64,000 nt of DNA from positions 1,302,001-1,366,000 of the forward strand of contig OZ218955.1 of the NCBI GenBank assembly GCA_965112735.1, in the 5' to 3' direction. Shown here one piece after another: positions 54,332 to 64,000 of the stretch. The translations under genes were made by a program, and so were the position numbers. The stretch is from Phaeosaccion multiseriatum (Eukaryota; Protista; Ochrophyta, other classes). The notes beneath the pieces were generated by a model. It saw only the letters and a list, made by a program, of their open reading frames with translations. It made no database searches and was not told where the DNA came from. Numbering within the stretch: position 1 is the stretch's first letter; every line of letters begins with the position of its first letter.

Positions 54332-57322
54332 ATGAGCACACTCAGCAGCATCATCGATGAACCCATTCTCCTGTCTTCCATTCACGGGCGGGATCGCAGA
54401 CAGACGCGAAACATAGGAAAGCGCGATCTTGAGGAAGTAGTCAAGCACGGCGTACGACAAAAGTCGCACAAAGACCCCAAGACAGGCCTCCATCGCTGGA
54501 AATACACCTTTGCCAACATCGTGTTCATCACAGACCACAGCAGCACCAAGGAGGTCACCTCCTGGGTCCTCCCTCTGGACATACATCCCGTGCCCGTGAC
54601 GGGAACGGATGAGTGCAATCATGACCTGCTCAAGGAGGGGCTCTTGAACAGCCCGGAGATGTGCACGAGCCACACTGTGCTCGTGGTGGATGCCAGCGGG
54701 TCGATGAGGACCTGCGATGTGGAGAACTACAAGACTAGATCAGATGCTGTCTACGGGACGCTGGCCCTCGACCTTCTGGGGAAGCAGCTTGACGCGCTTC
54801 AGGTCAGCGGCACCGATGTGGTCTCTCTCATCGAGATGCACGAGGAGTCACACCTCATCTTTGACCGCGAGCCGCTCACCAACGTCCTGTACAATCGCCT
54901 CCTGAAGCGCAAACACGCCGTCAAGCCTTCCTACGGAGGCAACTTCTTGCCGGCCCTTCGCATGGCCCAAGATATTCTCAGCACTGGCCCTGGGAAGTAC
55001 AGTCGGAGCTGCGCACTCCTGCTCTTGTTCCTCTCGGACGGCAGGTATGTGATGGTATGGCGACGACAGAGCGCTTGTGCACCCACATCCTACCTTTGCC
55101 GCATTCAGCCTCCGAATGAGTCCACTCCATCTCCCTTACGCATTCACCCCCTTTCTCCATCACTCACTCTGTTCTAATGACTTGTGCTTCGCTCTTCTAA
55201 AGGCCTAGCGACAAGAAGCTTGGCGGCAATCGGGACAAGACCATCGAGGATCTCACTGGGCAGATTGCCGGCACATTCCGGGAGCGACTGCAGATGGAAA
55301 CCATCGCCTTCGCAAACACGCAGCAGTGCGACGTCAGCCTGCTGCAGAGAATGGCCGATGCCGCCACGGCCAACGGAAGCAAGGGGAGCTTCAACTCCAC
55401 CGGGCTCTGCGCCACTACCCTCAGTTCGGTGGTGAGCAGGTTGAGCTCCAATCTGTCTATGACGCGGAGTCAGATGACCGCGAGGGATGACGGGGGGCCG
55501 AGTCGGAGGGGCCCGGCTCGTGTGGTCGAGAGGGAAGCGCAGCATGCTTCATCATCATCATCGTACCGCCGCGAGCAAGGTCACCTCGTTTCAAGGAACC
55601 CTTTTTTGCCGGCCTACTCGTGCTGCTCCAATGTGTGCGAGGACACAGGCTGGAGAGTCTACACCGAGAACGTATCGCGTGCTGTGTGGACGCCATTGTC
55701 GTCGAGTGGGGAGCCCGGGCAGAGGAGAAACAGAGTGCAGAGCAGGGGGAAGAGCGAGTGGGTGTATGAGCCGTTGCTGAGCCCGGCTGCATGCGGTGTT
55801 GCGATCCGAGCCAGGAGCATCGGTGAGGGCTGCGAGCGCATCGTCTTTCAGATGAAGGAGATTGCCCCATGTCCAGCCAGCTGCGATCTCAGCCACGTGG
55901 ACGGCCGTTTCGCGCTTGTGGGCCCCGATATGGTGGGGAAGGAGAGCAGATATGTGGAGGAGGAGCAGGCCAAGCTGCGCTTCCACAAGACCTTTTGCGA
56001 CACGCAGCAGTGGTCACAGACGTACGCGGAGATGTTCAATCGCCAGGTGCATAGACACACGCGTACACACACACACACATGGACGCGCACGCACACACAA
56101 GCTCACACACCCACGCACGCACACACAAAAAAAAAATCAACCGTTGAATCATTGCTTCCTCCCCCCAGGTTGACCTCACATTCTCTCTTCAAGGCGGGGC
56201 GGCAGGGGCTCAAACCATTGCTCACGTCACATTCTTGGAGCCGAGCGTGTACGTCTTCACGGACCCCGCCAGCAAGTAAGTACATCCACGCATGTGTCAA
56301 AGCAGAACGTACCTGTGTTCACTGTGAATCCCACTGCTGCTCCGTGGTGGTTGCTGATGCCTCGCCCTTCTTCCGCCAGCTACGAGCGCGGCGTGTTGGC
56401 GGAGAAGAGGCTAGACGTGAGTAGGTATGCCAAATGGAACTCCAACAATGGCTTTGTGCTGGGGGCTGCTCCGCCCCCTCGAGACCACGTGCACGTCTCG
56501 GCTCTGCTGGAGAGCCTTAGCCAGTGTCGAACTGAGAGGCGACAACCTGCAGCCTTGATCGGTCTGTCGCAGCCACAGCAGCAGCAGCAGGGGCATCTCG
56601 CTCCGGTGGCAGAAGGAGACTCCTCCGAGGAGGAAGAGGAGGACGACAGCGACGACGACGACGCGTATGCCCAGGGGGTTAGGCAAAGTCCGGCAGCAGG
56701 AAAAACAGCAGCGGCAGCAGCAGTATCAGGAGGAGGAGGAGGAGGAGAAGAAGGAGAAGAAGGAGGAGAAGGAGGAGAAGGAGAAGGAGGAGGAGGAGCT
56801 GCCGCGGGGGCAAGGGCACCAGCACTGACAACAAACGCCGCCGCGGTGAAGCTCGAGGACTTCCCGCAGGCCTTCTCGCACTTCTCGTACCGCAAGAGCA
56901 GCAGGAGGAAGTTGCTCGTGTGCGACCTGCAGGGCGTGCTAGACGAGTCGGCCTCTCCATCGCTGTTCGAGCTCACGGACCCGGTCATCCACCACATATC
57001 CAGGTCGTCGGAGCGGAAGAAACGGTTCGGGCGGACCGACCATGGGCGCACGGGAGGTAAAAAATGAAGCCAAGGAGGAATAGCAAAGGTTCCTGTCCTT
57101 TCCTCCCGTCTTCTTGCCCTCTGAATCTACGCCTCACCCAGCCACGCACACACAAACGCACCCCGTCCCCCCTTCCCTTCCTTTGCAGTGAGCAAGTTCT
57201 TCAAAACGCACAAGTGCAACGCTGTGTGCCGCATGCTGGGCCTGCCGCCGGACACTGGGGAGGAAGATCCCTCCTCTTCGCCGAAGGGCACCAACAATCC
57301 CAAGAGGAAGCAACGACGTTGA
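54332..57322 (+). CDS. Alpha-kinase (eEF2K/MHCK-type) with vWA domain and small N-terminal DUF4258-like domain
   Basis: vWA: VLVVDASGSM (MIDAS), GGNFLPAL, LLLFLSDGRP. Kinase: IGEGCERIVF, VGKE, FLEPSVY, AEKRL..YAKWNSNNG, PQAFSHFSY, LLVCDLQG, LTDPVIH, FGRTDHG, FFKTHKCNAVC. Exons 54332-55044, 55203-56046, 56169-56275, 56380-57056 and 57189-57322 are phase-consistent. Confidence 0.9.
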
Positions 57323-57891
57323 ACCATCCTGAGGCCTACCCATCCCGAGCTGGAGCCGCTCCACCGCCCGAGGGGAGGAGAGTGTCGCAGGGCACGAGGC
57401 ACTCCACTGCTGGGGGTGTGAGGGGTTCCACTCAGGGGCGTGAGGGTTCAGATCAGCCTGCTGACCACCGTGAGTAAGAGAGAATAGGACCGTAAGAGAG
57501 AAAGACAGAGGACTGTGAGGGAGAGAGAGAGAGCGACCGAGAGAGAGAGAGACAGAGAGGGAGAGGGAGATAGACGAAGGCACACACTGAGAGAGAGAGA
57601 GTCAGCACGCCTTCCATTGTAGCTCGAATAATATTTCTCTTAAATTGAATGTAAGGCGAAGGGCAAGAGTGAGCATGAGGAGGTGCGTGGCCACTGCGGC
57701 GCTGAGAGGCGGATGCAGGACGGTGACGTGGCTTCCTCTACTGCTGCGCCTGCTACTCACGCTCCGCCGCCGTAGAGCGGCCCTTCCTGCTGCTCAAGTC
57801 ACTCTACCACAGGCCCCGTGCAAGCGAGCACACGCGTCACTTTCTCTCCTCTCCAACTCACCCCCGCCCCCCCCCCCAACGCTCAGGCCCT

Positions 57892-60232
57892 TCAGCGCAT
57901 TTCCTCTACCATGCTCTCCCACACGTCGCTCCCGACACTCCAGGGCCTCTCTAGCGGCGGAATCCCCCTCTCCTTGCCGAAGGTCGGATCGGTCCTTCGC
58001 ATCAGGTCCAGTGCGCTTTGAGATCGGAAGAAGGCTGCTGCTGCGTCTCTGAGCCGCTGCTCAAGCTCGAGGTGGAGTTGATAACTCCGTGCCACAGTCA
58101 AGGCCTTGTCCACCGAGGCATCGGCCGAAAGGAGCTGCCGCACAATGCCGTGATGATTCATGTAGATGGCGAGAAGCAGAGGGGTGCTGCCCTCCGATCT
58201 TTGGTCGTCGATGGGTGACCCGGCAGAGATGAGACGAGCGACGACGGTCTCATGACCTTGTTGAGCAGCAAGGTGGAGGGGCGTTGAGCCGTCGTTGCCT
58301 GCTGTCTCCACCTTTGCTCCTGCAGAGAGAAGCCGCTTAACCACGGCGTCGTGACCTTCCCAAGCAGCAAGGTGGAGGGGTGTCGCACCTTCGGTTCTCC
58401 CTATCTCCGCTCTGGCTCCCGCAGTCAGAAGGCCCTTAACCACGGCGTCGTGACCTTGTTCAGCGGCAACGTGGAGGGGTGTTGTACCGCGGTTGTCCGC
58501 TGTCTCCACCTTTGCTCCTGCAGAGAGAAGCCGCTCCACCACGGCCTCGTGACCTTCCCAAGCAGCAAGGTGGAGGGGTGTTGCACCACGGTTGGACGCT
58601 GTCTCCACTCTGGCTCCCGCAGTCAGAAGGCGCTCCATCACGGCGTCTTGACCTTCGCTAGCAGCAACGTGGAGGGGTGTTGAGCCGTCGTTGGCTGCTG
58701 TCTCCACCTTTGCTCCTGCAGAGAGAAGCCGCTCCACCACGGCGTCGTGACCTTGTATAGCAGCAAGGTGGAGGAGTGTTAAACCATCGTTGTCCGCTGT
58801 CTCCACCTTTGCTCCTGCAGAGAGAAGCCGCTTAACCACGGCGTCGTGACCTTGTTTAGCGGCAAGGTGGAGGGGCGTTGTACCGCGGTTGTCCGCTGTC
58901 TCCACCTTTGCTCCTGCAGAGAGAAGCCGCTTAACCACGGCCTCGTGACCTTCTTGAGCGGCGAAGTGGAGGGGCGTTGTACCGCGGTTGTCCGCTGTCT
59001 CCACCTTTGCTCCCGCAGAGAGAAGCCGCTCCACCACGGCCTCGTGACCTTCCCAAGCAGCAAGGTGGAGGGGTGTTGCACCGTCGCTTTTCCGTGTATC
59101 CACTCTGGCTCCCGCAGTCAGAAGCTGCTCCACCACGGCGTCGTGACCTTGGTGAGCGGCGAACTGTAGAGGAGTGAAGCCCTCGGGGTGAGACGCGAGT
59201 ACGTCCGCCCCTGCAGCCAATAGTAGCTTCACCACGGCCAAGCGTCCTCTGTGAGCAGCGACTTTGAGAGGAGTAAAGCCCTCGTTGTTCCTGACCTCCA
59301 CGTTGGCATGCTCATCGAGAAGCTGCTGCACGATTGACGCATGCCCATACTCCGAGGCTGCGTGAAGGGGAGTGAAGCCTTGGTCATCAGCATTGTCGAT
59401 GGTGGCGTTGGCCCCAATGAGCTTCTTTACCACACTCCCATGCCCGTCGCGGGACGCCACGAAGAGTGGAGTCATTCCGCGATGGTGGGGTCTGTCTACA
59501 TCCGCGTCCGCTGCAATGAGCTGCTCTACGATGGAGGTGTGCCCATCTTGAGCCGCCAGCCATATCGGAGTCGCTCCATGCTTCATGGCAATATTGACAT
59601 CGGCCCCCGCCGAGATTAGCTGCTGTACTGTCGTGGGATGCCCCATGGTGACAGCGTAACCCAAAGGCGTAACCTCGTTGATATTGACTTGGTCTACAGC
59701 GGCTCCGATGTCCAACAGCCGTCTCACCACCTCGTTGTGTCCTTTCGCTACAGCCAATAGCAGTGGCGTGTTCCCCCACGATCCCCGAACGCTGAACGAG
59801 GCCCCTTCCTCCAGAAGAAGGTTCAAGACATCCAGCCGACCGCATGACGCAGACAATATCATAGCGGTGGGGCCATGTTCGTGGATAGGCTGATCCAAGC
59901 TCGCTTTACCGTGCTTTGAGATAAGCTTCCTCACCCGCGCATTCACAGTGGAGAGGCTTTCCATCCCACTGATGGCCTGACAGAGTCGACGCGCCTGCCA
60001 TGGAGTGTGCAAAGCGTTGAGAAAGATAGGCAATGAGAACGACACGCCAGGTGGGATTGGGGGGGGATAGAGGGAAACCATCGTTTCAAGAACCTAAGCC
60101 GAACACTCCACCTTCCTTTGAGAGACTCACTCCTGCACGCATCTCTCGCATCATCCGCCTTATTCCTACTACACACCACAGAGAGAGCCCCTGCTGTGCC
60201 CTTACCTCGGGCGGAATGGCCTGTTGCGCCAT
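57892..60232 (-). CDS. Ankyrin-repeat protein A9 (18 repeats + conserved tail, ~709 aa)
   Basis: Exon 1 60232-60206 (MAQQAIPPE|GTAAGG), exon 2 59994-57892 in frame. Confidence 0.9.
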
Positions 60233-60847
60233 GGCAAGGTGAGTAGGACCGGCAGCTCTTCGTTGCTCGTCCCTCCGCCTCCACCCTCCTGAGACGGACC
60301 GCAGAGCTGAGACAAGAGAGAGGGGGTCTCTTTCAAACGCGTTGTTTCCCCCGTCACTCACTCTGCCTATCGCGGCCCTTGCCCTTTCTCTCTGTGCAAG
60401 GAGGCCAAAGCAGCGCTAAGCTAGGTGAGAGCGGGGGGGAACCAAGCCGGCCCCTTCCTGCCTCAAGACAAGCCACGCCCCACTACAAGCGTAGAGGAAG
60501 GAGGGCGCGCTCAACACCGTGTCACGCTCATTAACTCTACGTATCTTGGCCCTTGCCCTTTCTCTCTGTGTAATGAGGCCAACGCAGCGCTAAGCTAGGT
60601 GAGAGCGGGGGGGGGGGCTAAGCCGTTCCCTTCCTGACTCAAGACAAAATCCCTCCTCCTCCAGGCGTGCCCCACAACAAGCGAAGAGGAAGGAGGGCTC
60701 TCTCAACAGCTTGACACGCTCTGCCTGCCGGTGCTTCCCTTCATTGGTTTCACGCCTATACAAAAATGCAAAAATGAAGAGGCGAGAGAGACATAGAGCC
60801 GAGAATATGTCAATGGCCCAGGCGTAGGCAGCCCATTTCTTGCTTTC

Positions 60848-61560
60848 CTCCTGGTGGGTGCAGGCCGCGACTTGTCACACCGCCATGTTCTCCTCTATCG
60901 AGTACATGTTCAAGCACAACTCCATCTCCCGCGTTGGACACGAGAGCTCGGAGTACTTCCTCTCCCCGCACAACATCGCCAGGACCTTCCGCATGGATAC
61001 CACCCTCCCCCGGGGCGCCCACGCCGGAGCCCGCGACCCAGCCTTCTTCGCCCACCCGGCGCACATGATCGATCCAACCCTGAGCAACAACATCTGCAGG
61101 ACGGCCCTTGAATTTGCGCCACACGGACACCAGCCTGGGAGCGGTAGCAGCTTCTAGCGAAACCCACAAGGAGAGGCGCGACGCCAACACCTACACGACC
61201 GAGAGCTTGTTCGCCTCACCACCTTCGCCATCGAGACCCACGGACGACTCGGCGCACAGGTGCAGTCACTCCTACACGCCCTCGCCGAGCACATAGTCTC
61301 CCGAACGGGCCGCACCGGCTCCTCCACCACCAAGGGCCACGTCATGACAAGGCTTCGCCGTCTCGTCAGCTGCAGCCACCAGATGCGGCTCTCGGAGCGA
61401 GAGCGCGCCTTCCTGGAACGGCTCAATCGCGGCGCCGGATCAGGGCTCCATCCCCCCGACCAGGCGGGGGAGTAACAACCCCCTCGTGGACCCCAGAGAC
61501 AAGCACCCGGACTCACACACCAACGCGCGCACGCACACACACACGCACACACACGCACAC
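60848..61560 (+). mobile_element. Relic 3' end of RLE-type non-LTR retrotransposon, copy 3
   Basis: Retains the frame FAIETHGRLGAQVQSLLHALAEHIVSRTG..MTRLRRLVSCSHQMRLSERERAFLERL. Frameshifted upstream, with a (CA)-rich end. Confidence 0.72.
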
Positions 61561-61627
61561 TTTCAGGGGATTCCTATTTAGTCAATAAATAATCTCTCCT
61601 GGATGCTGCCAGCCTTCCCTCGGTGCC

Positions 61628-64000
61628 GTGAGTGAGTGAGTGAGTGAGTGAGTGAGTGACTGAGTGAGTGAGTGAGTGAGTGAGTGAGTGAGTGACTGAG
61701 TGACTGAGTGAGTGAGTGAGTGAGTGAGTGAGTGAGTGAGTGAGTGAGTGAGTGAGTGAGTGAGTGAGTGAGTGAGTGAGTGAGTGAGTGAGTGAGTGAG
61801 TGAGTGAGTGAGTGAGTGAGTGAGTGAGTGAGTGAGTGAGTGAGTGAGTGAGTGGTGAGTGGTGGTGGTGGTGGTGGTGGTGGTGGTGGTGGTGGTGGTG
61901 GTGGTGGTGGTGGTGGTGGTGGTGGTGGTGGTGGTGGTGGTGGTGGTGGTGGTGGTGGTGGTGGTGGTGGTGGTGGTGGTGGTGGTGGTGGTGGTGGTGG
62001 TGGTGGTGGTGGTGGTGGTGGTGGTGGTGGTGGTGGTGGTGGTGGTGGTGGTGGTGGTGGTGGTGGTGGTGGTGGTGGTGGTGGTGGTGGTGGTGGTGGT
62101 GGTGGTGGTGGTGGTGGTGGTGGTGGTGGTGGTGGTGGTGGTGGTGGTGGTGGTGGTGGTGGTGGTGGTGGTGGTGGTGGTGGTGGTGGTGGTGGTGGTG
62201 GTGGTGGTGGTGGTGGTGGTGGTGGTGGTGGTGGTGGTGGTGGTGGTGGTGGTGGTGGTGGTGGTGGTGAGTGGTGGTGGTGGTGGTGAGTGAGTGGTGG
62301 TGGTGAGTGGTGGTGGTGGTGGTGGTGGTGAGTGGTGGGTGGGTGGGTGGTGGTGAGTGAGTGAGTGGTGGTGAGTGAGTGGTGGTGAGTGAGTGAGTGA
62401 GTGAGTGAGTTGAGTGAGTGAGTGAGTGAGTGGGTGGGTGAGTGAGTGAGTGAGTGAGTGAGTGAGTGGTGAGTGGTGGTGAGTGAGTGAGTGGTGAGTG
62501 GTGAGTGAGTGAGTGAGTGAGTGAGTGAGTGAGTGAGTGAGTGAGTGAGTGAGTGAGTGAGTGAGTGAGTGAGTGAGTGAGTGAGTGAGTGAGTGAGTGA
62601 GTGAGTGAGTGAGTGAGTGAGTGAGTGAGTGAGTGAGTGAGTGAGTGAGTGAGTGAGTGAGTGAGTGGTGGTGAGTGAGTGAGTGAGTGAGTGAGTGAGT
62701 GAGTGAGTGAGTGGTGGTGGTGAGTGGTGGTGGTGGTGGTGGTGGTGGTGGTGGTGGTGGTGGTGGTGGTGGTGGTGGTGGTGGTGGTGGTGGTGGTGGT
62801 GGTGGTGGTGGTGGTGGTGGTGGTGGTGGTGGTGGTGGTGGTGGTGGTGGTGGTGGTGGTGGTGGTGGTGAGTGGGTGGGTGGGTGGTGGTGAGTGAGTG
62901 GTGGTGGTGGTGGTGGTGGTGGTGGTGGTGGTGGTGGTGGTGGTGGTGGTGGTGAGTGAGTGAGTGAGTGGTGGGTGGGTGGTGGTGGTGAGTGGTGAGT
63001 GAGTGGTGGTGGTGGTGGTGGGTGGTGGTGGTGGTGGTGAGTGGTGAGTGAGTGGTGAGTGGTGGTGGGTGAGGTGAGTGAGTGGTGAGTGAGTGAGTGA
63101 GTGAGTGAGTGAGTGGTGGTGGTGGTGGTGGTGGTGGTGGTGGTGGTGGTGGTGGTGGTGGTGGTGGTGGTGGTGGTGGTGGTGGTGGTGGTGGTGGTGG
63201 TGGTGGTGGTGGTGGTGGTGGTGGTGGTGGTGGTGGTGGTGGTGGTGGTGGTGGTGGTGGTGGTGGTGGTGGTGGTGGTGGTGGTGGTGGTGGTGGTGGT
63301 GGTGGTGGTGGTGGTGGTGGTGGTGGTGGTGGTGGTGGTGGTGGTGGTGGTGGTGGTGGTGGTGGTGGTGGTGGTGGTGGTGGTGGTGGTGGTGGTGGTG
63401 GTGGTGGTGGTGGTGGTGGTGGTGGTGGTGGTGGTGGTGGTGGTGGTGGTGGTGGTGGTGGTGGTGGTGGTGGTGGTGGTGGTGGTGGTGGTGGTGGTGG
63501 TGGTGGTGGTGAGTGAGTGGTGGTGGTGGTGGTGGTGGTGAGTGAGTGGTGAGTGGTGGTGAGTGAGTGGTGAGTGGTGGTGAGTGAGTGAGTGGTGAGT
63601 GGTGAGTGAGTGGTGGTGGTGGTGAGTGGTGGTGAGTGAGTGGTGGTGGTGGTGGTGGTGGTGGTGGTGGTGGTGGTGGTGGTGGTGGTGGTGGTGGTGG
63701 TGGTGGTGGTGGTGAGTGGTGGTGGTGGTGGTGGTGGTGAGTGAGTGGTGAGTGGTGAGTGGTGAGTGAGTGGTGAGTGAGTGAGTGAGTGAGTGAGTGA
63801 GTGAGTGAGTGAGTGAGTGAGTGAGTGAGTGAGTGAGTGAGTGAGTGAGTGAGTGAGTGAGTGAGTGAGTGAGTGAGTGAGTGAGTGAGTGAGTGAGTGA
63901 GTGAGTGAGTGAGTGAGTGGGTGGGTGGGTGAGTGAGTGAGTGAGTGAGTGAGTGAGTGAGTGAGTGAGTGAGTGAGTGAGTGAGTGAGTGAGTGAGTGA
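61628..64000. repeat. Compound (GTGA)n/(GGT)n simple-sequence array, >2.3 kb, runs off the window
   Basis: Visible alternating blocks built only from G, T and A. Confidence 0.95.

Overview
GC-rich eukaryotic genomic DNA with short exons and microsatellite-filled GT-AG introns. The lineage is probably a flagellate-stage stramenopile/ochrophyte, which is inferred and not proven. The dominant feature is a family of ankyrin-repeat genes, labelled here A0-A9. Eight copies are apparently complete (A1, A3-A9), one is a 5'-deleted cassette (A2) and one is a decayed copy (A0). A0-A5 lie on the + strand (2.7-26.4 kb) and A6-A9 on the - strand (40.9-60.2 kb). Each complete copy has an 8-13 codon first exon and one long intron-free exon with 11-18 ankyrin repeats, followed (except A3) by a near-invariant ~50-aa C-terminal tail. 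Copies differ by near-exact multiples of 99 bp, are mosaics of one another, and vary mainly at the ankyrin binding-surface positions, like a natural DARPin-type receptor repertoire. Interleaved head-to-head with them are an NDR kinase, a secreted GH16 protein with a degenerate catalytic motif, and a DUF4258-like/vWA/alpha-kinase gene. The central block holds TCTE1/DRC5, a GNAT acetyltransferase and a MacroD-type macrodomain gene. The - strand ankyrin genes sit in ~5-6 kb tandem units. Three units carry a relic 3' end of an RLE-type (CRE-like) non-LTR retrotransposon, and the fourth carries the alpha-kinase gene in the same slot. The window ends in ~2.4 kb of (GTGA)n/(GGT)n. All gene models were spliced by eye, so boundaries are approximate where stated.
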